Source of the DNA: Chloroflexota bacterium
Lineage (GTDB): Bacteria > Chloroflexota > UBA11872
Assembly: GCA_034423235.1 (NCBI GenBank)
Contig: DAOUIX010000141.1
Location: 2,158-66,157 of the forward strand
Direction of reading: 5' to 3'
Length of the DNA: 64,000 bases
Shown: piece after piece, positions 55,409 to 64,000 of the stretch
How positions within the stretch are numbered: the first letter of the stretch is position 1
How the letters are laid out: each line of letters starts with the position of its first letter
Notes under the pieces: model-generated
Told to the model about the DNA's origin: nothing
What the model saw: only the letters and a program-made list of their open reading frames with translations
Databases searched by the model: none
Program-made: the position numbers and the translations under genes

Positions 55409-56592
55409 GGTGGCGAGCCCCCGGCCCGAACCAGGTCCGCGTCGGCTGACCAGTAGGCCGCGCCAAGTTCGTCCTCGTTGAGTAGTTCCTCGTAGTAGGC
55501 CACCACGCGGTCCGTAATCGTGCTCCAGGTGAAGTCATGGGCGCGTCGCCGTCCGGCCTCCGCCATCCGCCGGCTCTTGTCCGGATTGTCCGACACGCGC
55601 ATCAGGGCGCGTGCCAGCGCGACGTGATCCTTGGGCGGCACCAGGATTGCCGCCTCCTGGTCGGTCAGCATGGTGCGCGAGGCGGGTATGTCCGAGGCCA
55701 CCACTGGCGTCCCGGCCGCCATGGCCTCCAGCAGCGTAATGCCTTGGCTCTCGCCGCCCAGCGCCGGCCAGCAGAAGATGTCGGCCGTCTGCAGGTACTG
55801 GCGCTTTTCCTCGTCCGAGACAAAGCCCTTGAACAGAACGTGCCGCAGGCCGAACTGCCGAACCTGTCGCAGATACGCGCGTCGCTGACCCGGTCGAAAC
55901 GCCCCAATCACGATCAGTCGAGCCTGCGGTCGCAGCTGGCACACCAGCGCCATAGCACGCAGCAGGTAGTCCAGGCCCTTGCGCTTCTCCAGCCGACCCA
56001 CGAACACGATGTTCAGCTTGCCGTCCTGCAAGTCGCTGGCCGGCGGCTGCGGTGCGCCATAGAAGTCGACGTCGATCCCGTTCGGGATGATTCGGTAGGC
56101 GCCCTTGTACGAGCGAAAGACCAGCTCCCGCGCCGCCTCGGAAACCGCGATCTTGCCGTGCAGACGGCGCTGCAGCCGCCGGATCAGCGGTCGCGTGGTC
56201 CGGTAGAACAGCGCCGAATTGCGCGCGGCGTGAAACGTACCGACGTTCACGCTCGTCGAGTACTGAAGAACGGTGAGTGGCAGCGCCGGAATCAGCGGCT
56301 CTTGCAGGTGCACGATGTCAAACCGCTGCTGTCGCAGGTAGCGACGCACCCGCGGCAGCAGCTGGGGGGAGAGCGTCAGCCGCGCCCGCGATTGGTTGAC
56401 CGGCAGCGGCACCACGCGAGATCCGATTCGCACGAACCCCGGAAACCGCTCTTCGACTTCGTCGTCGGTGCTTGGCGCCATGATGGCCACCTCGTGGCCG
56501 CGCGCTCGCAGTTCACGTTCCAGATTCAGGATGTGCTGGGTCACGCCCCCCGGGTAGGGGAAGTCGTACGGCGAGACCTGAAGAATCCTCAC
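55405..56592 (-). CDS. GT4-family glycosyltransferase (PimA-like mannosyltransferase)
   Basis: [25 protein letters not shown]-terminus and E-x7-E region near the C-terminus (GGESQGITLLEAMAAGTPVV). GTG start overlaps the acyltransferase stop. Confidence 0.85.
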   Translation of the reverse strand: MRILQVSPYDFPYPGGVTQHILNLERELRARGHEVAIMAPSTDDEVEERFPGFVRIGSRVVPLPVNQSRARLTLSPQLLPRVRRYLRQQRFDIVHLQEPLIPALPLTVLQYSTSVNVGTFHAARNSALFYRTTRPLIRRLQRRLHGKIAVSEAARELVFRSYKGAYRIIPNGIDVDFYGAPQPPASDLQDGKLNIVFVGRLEKRKGLDYLLRAMALVCQLRPQARLIVIGAFRPGQRRAYLRQVRQFGLRHVLFKGFVSDEEKRQYLQTADIFCWPALGGESQGITLLEAMAAGTPVVASDIPASRTMLTDQEAAILVPPKDHVALARALMRVSDNPDKSRRMAEAGRRRAHDFTWSTITDRVVAYYEELLNEDELGAAYWSADADLVRAGGSPP

Positions 56593-57488
56593 GCGTCCAG
56601 CGCCTCCGGCCACATTGGGCGAAACATGTACCACTGGGCCGGCGCCTTGCGAATCAACGTTTCCAGATCCTGCATGACCTGCTGCATGGCCTGCTGAATC
56701 GCCTCGGCCGCCGGTCGGTCTTTGTCGATCACGATCGGTGCCATGCCGTGCGCCGAGTACGTACCGTCGGCGTACCGAATCATCCCGCCGACCAGCAGCG
56801 GGCTGCCGGTATGCCGTGCCAACACCGCCGCGCCCTCCGGCACCCAGACCGGCCGGTCGAAGAACATGACCTGCACGCCCTTGCCCGGCGTCGGCCGGTC
56901 CGCCAGCAACGCCACGAACTCGCCCCGCCGCAACGCACGCAGAATCCCGCGCGCCGCGTTGCCCAACTGGATGGACCGCAGGTTCTTGCGTGCACGAACG
57001 CTGTCCAGCAGGGCGGTCGCCGACCGGCTGCTGAACGTCTCCGCCACGGCGTAGGTGGGCCGGTCAACCGAAACCAGGCTGCCGCAGCAGTCCCAATTGC
57101 CGAAGTGCGCCGTGACCATGATTCCGCCGCGCTCCATCTCTTGGAACTCGCGCCAATGGTGCAGGCCCTCGATGGTCACCGTCTGGCGCAGCAATTCCTC
57201 CGGTGTCATTCGATAGGTGCGCAGGAAATCCACCATGAACTCGGCGTAGTTGATCACCGAGCGCATGGCCAGCGCGCGCACCCGCGGATCGGTCGCCGGC
57301 AGGTTCAGAACCACGGACATGTTGGCCGTGGTGTTCCGACGAATCCTGGGAACCAGCCAGTACACCAACATCCCAAAAAGCCGCGCCAAGCCAAACTTCA
57401 CTGGGCGGGGAACCCACCGCTCGGCGCTGGCCGCAAGGGCGACTAGGGTGATCACGCGCCTACGCGTCGCTCCGGGCGCCGGCGGCAA
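56589..57488 (-). CDS. Lysophospholipid/lipid-A-type acyltransferase (HtrB/PatA-like LPLAT)
   Basis: HFGNWD (the HX4D acyltransferase motif) plus an LPLAT fold. Sits between ino1 and the GT4 gene, as the PIM acyltransferase does in actinobacteria. Confidence 0.75.
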   Translation of the reverse strand: MPPAPGATRRRVITLVALAASAERWVPRPVKFGLARLFGMLVYWLVPRIRRNTTANMSVVLNLPATDPRVRALAMRSVINYAEFMVDFLRTYRMTPEELLRQTVTIEGLHHWREFQEMERGGIMVTAHFGNWDCCGSLVSVDRPTYAVAETFSSRSATALLDSVRARKNLRSIQLGNAARGILRALRRGEFVALLADRPTPGKGVQVMFFDRPVWVPEGAAVLARHTGSPLLVGGMIRYADGTYSAHGMAPIVIDKDRPAAEAIQQAMQQVMQDLETLIRKAPAQWYMFRPMWPEALDA

Positions 57489-58560
57489 TGGTCGCCGTGC
57501 GGATGAACTCCTCCGTCATTACGCGCGCTTCCTCGTCCGAGTACTGGATCGGCGGCGACTTCATCAGGTAGGCCGACGGACCCTCCACCGCACCGCTTAG
57601 CCCGCGGTCCATCGCGATCTTGCAGCAGCGCAGCGCGTCGATCACCACGCCGGCCGAGTTCGGTGAGTCCACCACTTCCAGCTTCAACTCGGCGTTCAAC
57701 GGCTGACCGCCAAACGACACGCCCTCCATCCGGATGTACGCCCACTTGCGGTCGCCTAGCCACGGCACGTAATCGCTGGGCCCGATATGCACATTCTCGG
57801 CGCCGATGTCGTACTCCAACTGGCTTGTAACCGCGTCGGTCTTGGAGATCTTCTTGGACTCCAGCCGTGAGCGCTCCAGCATGTTCTTGAAGTCGGAGTT
57901 CCCGCCCACGTTCAGTTGATACGTGCGTAGAACTTTTACGCCCCGTTCCCGGAAGAGGCGGGTCAGCACCCGGTGGGTAATGGTTGCCCCGATCTGTGAC
58001 TTCACGTCGTCGCCGATGATGGGAACTCCGGCACTGCGAAATCGTCCCTGCCAGTACTCCTCGCGCGCAATGAAAACGGGCATGCAGTTCACCATGGCGC
58101 AACCGGCGTTAAGAATCTGTTCCACGTACCACTTCGTGGCCTCTTCGCTGCCCACCGGCAGGAAGTTCACGACGACGTCCGTGTGCGTATCCCGCAGCAG
58201 TTCCACGATGTTGTCGGTCGCGCCCTCGGCCTTGTACACCGTGTCGGCCATGTAGGCGCCAATGCCGTCGTGGGTCATCCCGCGCATGACGGGTACGCCC
58301 AGGCGGCCGACCTCCGCGAACTGCGGCGTGTTGTTGGGTGGCGCAACCAGGGCTTCGGACAGATCCCTGCCCACTTTGCCGCGATCGATGTCAATGGCGG
58401 CTGAGAACTCAATATCCCCGACGTGGTACGGGCCGAGCTGGGTGTGCATCAACCCCGGAATGAACTCGTCGGCTGCTGCGTCTCGGTAGAAGTTCACGCC
58501 CTGCACCAGCGACGAGGCGCAGTTGCCCACGCCGATAATTCCGACTCGGACTTTCGACAC
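57460..58560 (-). CDS. ino1: myo-Inositol-1-phosphate synthase
   Basis: [25 protein letters not shown]-like region, and a conserved SYNHLGNNDG-equivalent ([10 protein letters not shown]). Length and motifs match bacterial/archaeal MIPS. Confidence 0.9.
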   Translation of the reverse strand: MSKVRVGIIGVGNCASSLVQGVNFYRDAAADEFIPGLMHTQLGPYHVGDIEFSAAIDIDRGKVGRDLSEALVAPPNNTPQFAEVGRLGVPVMRGMTHDGIGAYMADTVYKAEGATDNIVELLRDTHTDVVVNFLPVGSEEATKWYVEQILNAGCAMVNCMPVFIAREEYWQGRFRSAGVPIIGDDVKSQIGATITHRVLTRLFRERGVKVLRTYQLNVGGNSDFKNMLERSRLESKKISKTDAVTSQLEYDIGAENVHIGPSDYVPWLGDRKWAYIRMEGVSFGGQPLNAELKLEVVDSPNSAGVVIDALRCCKIAMDRGLSGAVEGPSAYLMKSPPIQYSDEEARVMTEEFIRTATIAAGARSDA

Positions 58561-58578
58561 GCGTTTCCTCCTCGGAAG

Positions 58579-58938
58579 CTACGCCAGCACCCGGGCCGGC
58601 TCTGGAGATTTGGCGTCCGATCCACTCTCGTCGGATGCCGTTAGTTCCTCGATCAGGTTGCTGAGCGCCGCATGTCGGGCGCTCAAAGTGGGTCGATCCA
58701 GCGCATAGAGCATGCGGCGACCCTGTCGCCGTGCACGGACAAGACCCGCGCGCCGCAAGCGCCGCAAGTGCCACGACATGAGCGGCTGGCTGACGCCGAC
58801 GCGGCGCGAAAGCTCGCTGACGTCCAATTCGTCGGCTGAGGCCAACTCGTCCAGCGTAATCAGTCGTGTTCGCGAGGCAAGCGCTCGGGTGTACGCGCGC
58901 ATTGCGGCCAGATCCGCGTTCACTCCCACCTCACACAT
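58579..58938 (-). CDS. ArsR/SmtB-family winged-helix transcriptional regulator
   Basis: LDELASADELDVSELSRRVGVSQPLMSWHLRRLRRAGLV is the canonical ArsR HTH. First gene of the ino1 operon. Confidence 0.75.
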   Translation of the reverse strand: MCEVGVNADLAAMRAYTRALASRTRLITLDELASADELDVSELSRRVGVSQPLMSWHLRRLRRAGLVRARRQGRRMLYALDRPTLSARHAALSNLIEELTASDESGSDAKSPEPARVLA

Positions 58939-58946
58939 AAAGCAAT

Positions 58947-58972
58947 GTTTGATAAATAAAACTTTATCACAG
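58947..58972. promoter_or_regulatory. AT-rich inverted repeat (GATAAA-N7-TTTATC), candidate ArsR operator/promoter
   Basis: tgtttGATAAAtaaaacTTTATCaca begins 9 nt upstream of the ArsR start. It is the most AT-rich 30-mer in the window. Confidence 0.35.
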
Positions 58973-59026
58973 CCGTCCCGGCCTGACGACCCCGCCCCAG
59001 GATGACCGCACGGCCCGTGCCCGTGG

Positions 59027-60577
59027 CTAGCGCGCGTACTCCACGGCCCGCGTCTCCCGGATCGTTGTGATCTTGATCTGACCCGGGTACTCCATCGATT
59101 CCTGGATGCGCTTGGCAATGTCGTTCGCCAGCCGCTGAACGCCGGCTTCGTCTACCTGGTCGGGCCGAATCAGCACGCGAAGTTCGCGACCAGCCTGAAT
59201 CGCATAGCAGTTGTCGACGCCGTCGAACGACTGCGCGATCTCCTCCAGTTTCTCTAGTCGCTGCAGATACCGCGTAACGGTCTCCCGTCGCGCCCCGGGA
59301 CGCGACGCTGAAATGGCGTCGGCGGCGGCCACCGCAAACGCCTCGAAGCTGCGCAACTCCACTTCGAAATGGTGCGCTTCGGCGGCGTGCGCTACGTCCT
59401 CGGAGAGCCCGGAGCGTCGCAGCAACGCCCCGCCGATCAGCGCATGCGGACCCTCGATCTCGTGGTCGACAGCCTTGCCGATGTCGTGCAGGAAGCCCGC
59501 CCGGCGCGCCACTTCCACGTCCCCGCCAATCTCGGCGGCCATCGTCGCCGCCAGCAGCGATACCTCCACGGAGTGACTCAGCACGTTCTGCCCGTAGCTC
59601 GTACGGAACCGCAAACGCCCCATGTAGCGCAGGATGTCGCGCGGCAAGGCCGGCGTGCCCGCGTCATAGGCCGCTTGCTCGCCTTCCCGCTCGATGATCT
59701 CTTCGACCTCGGACCGCGCCTTGGTCACCGAGTCCTCAATGCGCGCCGGGTGGATCCGGCCGTCTTCCGTCAGCCGCTGCAAGGCCACCCGTGCCACCTC
59801 GCGCCGCACGGGATCGAACCCCGAAAGCACCACCGTTTCCGGCGTGTCGTCAATGATGATATCAATCCCGGTCGCAGCTTCCAGGGCGCGGATGTTGCGG
59901 CCTTCACGTCCGATGATTCGACCTTTCATGTCGTCGCTCTTGAGGTCGACGACCGATGTGGTGATCTCGGTTGTATGCATCGCCGCCACCCGTTGCAGCG
60001 AGAGCCCAACCAGCCAACGTGCCCGAGTCTCGGCGGTCTCCTTGGCCTCCGCCGTGATCTCGCGCACGCGCTGGTCGCAGATCTCGCGCATCTCGCGTTC
60101 GACCGAGGCCAATAGCTGGTCCTTGGCTTCGTCGCGCGTCAGGCTCGCCGCTGCCTCCAACGCGACCACCTGCTGCTCACGCAGGTCTTCCAGCTCGGAC
60201 TCGCGTCGATCCAGGCCGCGCTTACGGGTATCGAGCGTGTCGTCCCGCTTCAGAAACTCCCGTTCCAGGTCGTCCAGGCGCTCCGAGCGCTTATCCAGCG
60301 TCTGCTCACGTTGCTGGAGTCGACGCTCCTGCTGGCGCAACTCGCGACGGCGCTCGCGCGTTTCGCGTTCCGCATCCGCGCGCTCGTTGCGGATCTTTGC
60401 GCTGGTGTCCTTGATACTGGCTCGTTGTCGGGCTTCGACTTCTGCCAACTCGTGCTCCACCCGGCGCGCGAATTCGCGCCCGCGCGCCTGGGATAGCCGT
60501 ACCTGATAGAAGTAGCCCGCCACGAGCCCTACTACGAGCGCCGCCAGACCGGCGACGATCGCCAATAGGGCTTCCAC
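59027..60577 (-). CDS. rny: Ribonuclease Y
   Basis: N-terminal TM, long coiled-coil, KH domain (GREGRNIRALE), and HD domain (FLHDIGKAVDHE). Confidence 0.9.
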   Translation of the reverse strand: MEALLAIVAGLAALVVGLVAGYFYQVRLSQARGREFARRVEHELAEVEARQRASIKDTSAKIRNERADAERETRERRRELRQQERRLQQREQTLDKRSERLDDLEREFLKRDDTLDTRKRGLDRRESELEDLREQQVVALEAAASLTRDEAKDQLLASVEREMREICDQRVREITAEAKETAETRARWLVGLSLQRVAAMHTTEITTSVVDLKSDDMKGRIIGREGRNIRALEAATGIDIIIDDTPETVVLSGFDPVRREVARVALQRLTEDGRIHPARIEDSVTKARSEVEEIIEREGEQAAYDAGTPALPRDILRYMGRLRFRTSYGQNVLSHSVEVSLLAATMAAEIGGDVEVARRAGFLHDIGKAVDHEIEGPHALIGGALLRRSGLSEDVAHAAEAHHFEVELRSFEAFAVAAADAISASRPGARRETVTRYLQRLEKLEEIAQSFDGVDNCYAIQAGRELRVLIRPDQVDEAGVQRLANDIAKRIQESMEYPGQIKITTIRETRAVEYAR

Positions 60578-60775
60578 GGCTGGCCTCCAGAAGGGTGTGT
60601 TGTACGAACAGTCGAATCAATCGCATTGACGAACTGGTTGGGCGGCGCCACGCGACGCCTCCACGACGCGATGCTACTCGGCGCCCCAAATCGCGGTCAA
60701 AGACCGGACGCCGGTCAGCCGCGCTACGCGCGCCGCTTATACTTCGCCTGACGGCGCCCGCCTTGGAGAGTTCGC

Positions 60776-61945
60776 GTGAATAAAAAGGAAACAAACGGCT
60801 CGATGACCGGACGCCAGCGCTACCTCAACGCGCTCCAGGGCAAGCCGGTAGACCGGATTTGCGTCGGCAGCCCCACGTCCCTGGCGACCTACGAGGAAAT
60901 GCGGCGCCTCGGCATCGAATGGCCCGACGCCCACTACGAGGCCGCGCCGATTGCGCTATTGGCCGAACGCAGCTACACCGACCACGGCTACGACTCGATC
61001 ATGCCCTATTTCAGCATCATCCTCGGCGCCGCCGCCCTGGGCGCCGACATCGAGTGGGGCGAGGACCCCTGGGAATTCGACAAAGGCACCGGCAAGATCA
61101 TTTCCGGCCCCCGTATGCCCGCCGTCAGCCCGCCCAGCCCCTGGACCACCCCGGACGAGATCGTCATTCCCGACGACTTCCTCGAACGCCGCGAGACCAA
61201 GGCTGTCATCGACTCCATCAAGATTCTGCGCGAACGACACCCCGACGCCGCCGTCATTGGCAAAGTCATGGGTCCGTGGACGCTCTCGTACCACATGTTC
61301 GGGCCGCAGGAATTCCTGATCAACGTCATCCTCGATCCCGACTACGTGCATGCCTGCCTCGACCGGCTCATGCCCGCGTCCATCGAGTTCGCCAACGCCC
61401 AGATCGAGGCCGGCGCCGACGCGATCTGTCTGGCCGACCACTCCACCGGTGACCTCGTCCGCGCCGAGACCTACCGCGACTTCCTCATGCCCGTACACCA
61501 GAAGATCACCCCGCAGATCAACTCGCCCGTGATCCTCCACTGCTGTGGCAAGACGCTGGACCGGATGCAATACATCAAGGACGCCGGCTTTGAAGCCTTT
61601 CACTTCGCCACCGAAAACGACCCGCACGAGGCCAAGGCCGTCGTGGGTGACTTCAAACTCGTCGGCAACGTCAGCAACTTCGTCACCTTGCTTACCGGCC
61701 GGCCCGAGGACGTCGCGTTCGAGGTCGAGGACATCGTCTCCGCCGGCATTGACATCATCGCCCCCGAGTGCGCCGTCCCGCCCCAGGTCGCCAACGCCAA
61801 TCTGATGGCCGTGCCGGCCGCCGCGCGAGGTGAATTCCAGGGCGATCCGTCGGTGACCAATCCCAGAAATATGGCCCACGAGTACCGCGTGGACGTCGCC
61901 AAGCAGAGCGCGGCAGCCTCGGCTGGACCGGCCCTCAGCCTCTAG
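60776..61945 (+). CDS. Uroporphyrinogen-decarboxylase-fold protein (MtaA/CmuA-like methyltransferase family)
   Basis: URO-D family TIM barrel. May start at the internal ATG (MTGRQRYLNAL) preceded by AAGGAA. Confidence 0.7.
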   Translation: MNKKETNGSMTGRQRYLNALQGKPVDRICVGSPTSLATYEEMRRLGIEWPDAHYEAAPIALLAERSYTDHGYDSIMPYFSIILGAAALGADIEWGEDPWEFDKGTGKIISGPRMPAVSPPSPWTTPDEIVIPDDFLERRETKAVIDSIKILRERHPDAAVIGKVMGPWTLSYHMFGPQEFLINVILDPDYVHACLDRLMPASIEFANAQIEAGADAICLADHSTGDLVRAETYRDFLMPVHQKITPQINSPVILHCCGKTLDRMQYIKDAGFEAFHFATENDPHEAKAVVGDFKLVGNVSNFVTLLTGRPEDVAFEVEDIVSAGIDIIAPECAVPPQVANANLMAVPAAARGEFQGDPSVTNPRNMAHEYRVDVAKQSAAASAGPALSL

Positions 61946-62049
61946 GCGACGGTACCCGCTGCCCGTCCCTGGGTGGTCGCAGCAGTCGGCCACAAGGCGG
62001 CGACTGGGAGTTCCCGGCCTGATGGGCCGCTCGGAGGACTATCGCCGCT

Positions 62050-63258
62050 ATGCCTGATCGACGCTCCCGCTGGCGCGAGGTGTCGGGCATCCCGGTCGAA
62101 GCCCCGTTCCTTCGCGCGGTGGAAGCGCTGGGCGGTCCCGCCGTCCTTGGCTATCCCATCACGCCCGGCCTGTTCGCTGGCGACGCGTTGCAGCAGTACT
62201 TCAATCATGGACGGCTGGACGTGCCCGGCCGTTCCAGCGTCCGTCAGGTCGGCGTGCCGCGGCTCGCGAACCTTGGTCTGGCCATGGCTCTGGCGCTACA
62301 GGCGCCGCCCGCCGGGGGCTCCGCCGGTCCCTTCGCCGATCCCTGGACCGACGAGTCGCGCCGCGACCGCGCCGGACCGCCAGCCAGCGCACCCTTCGAC
62401 TGGCGCGGCTGGCGAATACGCCTCTACGACCGCGACCTGGTGCGAATGCTGGATCGTTCCCCCGTGGACGCGCGGCCAACCCCTGGCCATCTGGGCGACC
62501 TCTTCGTCACGCTTGACGAGGCTGAGCGCGCTCGCGGCGCGACGGGCCCGGTGCCCGTCCAACGCCCGATCACTGATCCGCCGCCCGAAGTACAGGTGCC
62601 GATCCTCACGTACCACCGCACCGCCGGCCCCGCGGCCTTCCAGGCACAGCTCGAAGGGCTGATGGATGCCGGCCTCACCCCCGTCTCCTTCGAACGGCTG
62701 GTCGCCGCCATCGAAGGCTGGGCCGAAGTGCCCGACGGGGCATTCGTCGTGTCCTTCGACGACGGCTGGCTCGACCAACTTGATGGGGCCCTGCCCGTTC
62801 TTGAGGCGCTCCGTGTACCCGCCGTCTTCTTTGTCCTCCCCGGCTTCGACCGCCACGGCCAAGGCCACATGACATTGGCCGACATTCAGGCCGTGCGCGC
62901 AGCCGGTGTCACGGTCGGCTCGCACACCATCAACCACGCCGACCTGCCGCCGCTCTACCGGACCAATCTGGGCGCCGCCCAGGCCGAAGTCGTCGAGTCC
63001 CGCCAGCGGCTGGAGGCCGACGTGGACGGCGTCGACTACTTCGCCTATCCCCTGGGCCGCTTCGACCCCGACGTCATAGCGCTCGTTGCCGCTGCCGAAT
63101 ATCGAGCGGCCGTCACAACCGTGCCCGGCATCGTGCACAACATGGATCGACTTCTCGAACTACGCCGCATCGGTGTCGAAACCTGGTGGCCGCTTGCTGA
63201 TGTCGTGCAGAGAATCCGGGAAGCGGCCCAGTTCGACGGCGTGCCGTCGCCGATCTAG
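62050..63258 (+). CDS. Polysaccharide deacetylase (NodB-homology domain) with unknown N-terminal domain
   Basis: C-terminal FDDGW...GSHTINHADL...YFAYPLGR matches the NodB motifs. N-terminal 180 aa unassigned. Start uncertain. Confidence 0.6.
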   Translation: MPDRRSRWREVSGIPVEAPFLRAVEALGGPAVLGYPITPGLFAGDALQQYFNHGRLDVPGRSSVRQVGVPRLANLGLAMALALQAPPAGGSAGPFADPWTDESRRDRAGPPASAPFDWRGWRIRLYDRDLVRMLDRSPVDARPTPGHLGDLFVTLDEAERARGATGPVPVQRPITDPPPEVQVPILTYHRTAGPAAFQAQLEGLMDAGLTPVSFERLVAAIEGWAEVPDGAFVVSFDDGWLDQLDGALPVLEALRVPAVFFVLPGFDRHGQGHMTLADIQAVRAAGVTVGSHTINHADLPPLYRTNLGAAQAEVVESRQRLEADVDGVDYFAYPLGRFDPDVIALVAAAEYRAAVTTVPGIVHNMDRLLELRRIGVETWWPLADVVQRIREAAQFDGVPSPI

Positions 63259-64000
63259 GCCCGAGCCACAAACGCTAACCCGAACGCCCCCGGCCCCGTG
63301 TGCGTACCGATAACCGGGCTGATCGGCACGTCCGGGATCGTGTCGCCGTCCGCGTTCAGCGGGTCTGCCACGTCTCGCTTCAGGCGGTCGTGTTCCGACT
63401 GGGCGTTCGCGTGCAGAATGGCCCAGCTGGAAACGCCGTTCGGCGCCTGTTCCCGCACGCGGTCCGCAATGGCCGCGTAGGCCTTCCGCATGGTGCGCAC
63501 GCGTGTCACCGGCGCCACAACGCCGTCGCTCAACTCCAGCACCGGCTTTACTTTGAGCAGCGACCCCACGAAGGCCTGGGCACCGCCAACGCGTCCGCCC
63601 CGCTTCAGGTACTCCAGCGTCTGCACCACGAAGATGATGTGCGCCCGCTCGGCATGATCGGCCACAATGCCCTGAATGTCCTCCAGGCTGGCCCCGTCCC
63701 GTGCGGCGCGCGCCGCGGCGATCGCGCTGAACGCCATCGCCGGACCGACGAGCCGGGAGTCCAGCACCAGGATCTCGCGGTCCACCTGGGCTGCGCCCTG
63801 CCGGGCTGACTCAACGGTCTTGCTCAGGTCCGTTGACACGTGAATCGACACAATCGGTCCGTCCCCCGCAACCTCGCCATAGGCTTGCGCAAACTCGGCG
63901 GGGTTTGGCTGCGAGGTCATCGGGTGATCCGGCGATGTTTCCAGCAGCCGATAGAATTCCTCGGTGCCCAGGTCCACGCCGTCCCGGTAACTCGTAGTCC
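63255..64000 (-). CDS. DegV-family fatty-acid-binding protein (5-prime end beyond window)
   Basis: DegV/EDD fold. The N-terminus runs off the window end. Confidence 0.65.
   Translation of the reverse strand, partial: TTSYRDGVDLGTEEFYRLLETSPDHPMTSQPNPAEFAQAYGEVAGDGPIVSIHVSTDLSKTVESARQGAAQVDREILVLDSRLVGPAMAFSAIAAARAARDGASLEDIQGIVADHAERAHIIFVVQTLEYLKRGGRVGGAQAFVGSLLKVKPVLELSDGVVAPVTRVRTMRKAYAAIADRVREQAPNGVSSWAILHANAQSEHDRLKRDVADPLNADGDTIPDVPISPVIGTHTGPGAFGLAFVARA

Noticed and set aside
60578-60775. Possible regulatory RNA or riboswitch in the 200-nt region between rny and the URO-D-family gene
   Set aside because: No recognisable riboswitch consensus, and only weak imperfect repeats. Likely just divergent promoters.
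1-64000. CRISPR arrays, tRNA/rRNA genes, transposases/integrases, phage genes
   Set aside because: No spacer-repeat periodicity, no tRNA-like sequences in the few intergenic regions longer than 150 nt, and no ORF with DDE/tyrosine-recombinase motifs. The window looks like core chromosome rather than a mobile island.

Overview
The window is 64 kb of high-GC (about 68-70%) bacterial chromosome, densely coding and mostly on the minus strand. Short intergenic gaps and many 4-nt GTGA/ATGA stop-start overlaps indicate long, translationally coupled operons. I found no rRNA, tRNA, CRISPR array, transposase or integrase.

Contents in order:
1. A xanthine-dehydrogenase/CO-dehydrogenase-family molybdoenzyme operon (FAD, 2Fe-2S and two paralogous Mo-large subunits) with a CysO/MoaD-like sulfur carrier between the two large subunits.
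2. An enolase-superfamily enzyme and a DUF1640-like repeat protein.
3. A frdABCD-like succinate dehydrogenase/fumarate reductase (flavoprotein, Fe-S subunit, two small anchors).
4. A roughly 16 kb minus-strand respiratory block: Alternative Complex III (ActA pentaheme, split ActB1/ActB2, two NrfD-like subunits, ActD, monoheme ActE) running straight into a System I cytochrome c maturation cluster (ccmE, fused ccmA-ccmB, ccmC, an unannotated ccmD, ccmF, ccmH, and a CcmI-N-domain::BNR beta-propeller fusion) plus a coupled secreted protein.
5. Aldehyde dehydrogenase, MFS transporter, and an MMPL transporter coupled to an AttH/CrtC-like lipoprotein.
6. A Gfo/Idh/MocA oxidoreductase and a thiol-disulfide trio (CcmG/TlpA-like x2, CcdA).
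7. Two tandem GNAT acetyltransferases, def, and moaB/moaD/moaE.
8. A VapC-then-YefM toxin-antitoxin pair in reversed order.
9. A TPR lipoprotein, a RACo-like [2Fe-2S]-ASKHA protein, an orphan NuoB-like protein and a PHP phosphoesterase.
10. A candidate tailoring/RiPP-like locus, the most unusual region: flippase-like membrane protein, ABC exporter, a flavin-dependent halogenase-like enzyme with a C-terminal PqqD/RRE-like domain, a coupled helical protein, a PhyH-family dioxygenase and a Gfo/Idh/MocA oxidoreductase.
11. An ArsR-controlled ino1 / acyltransferase / GT4 / CDP-alcohol phosphatidyltransferase (PIM-like) operon.
12. RNase Y, an MtaA/URO-D-family protein, a polysaccharide deacetylase and a partial DegV.

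All calls are from reading motifs in the supplied translations; no database searches were run. Start codons are often GTG/TTG, so the track's first-start N-termini were trimmed where motifs and overlaps suggested. Start coordinates may be off by a few codons.
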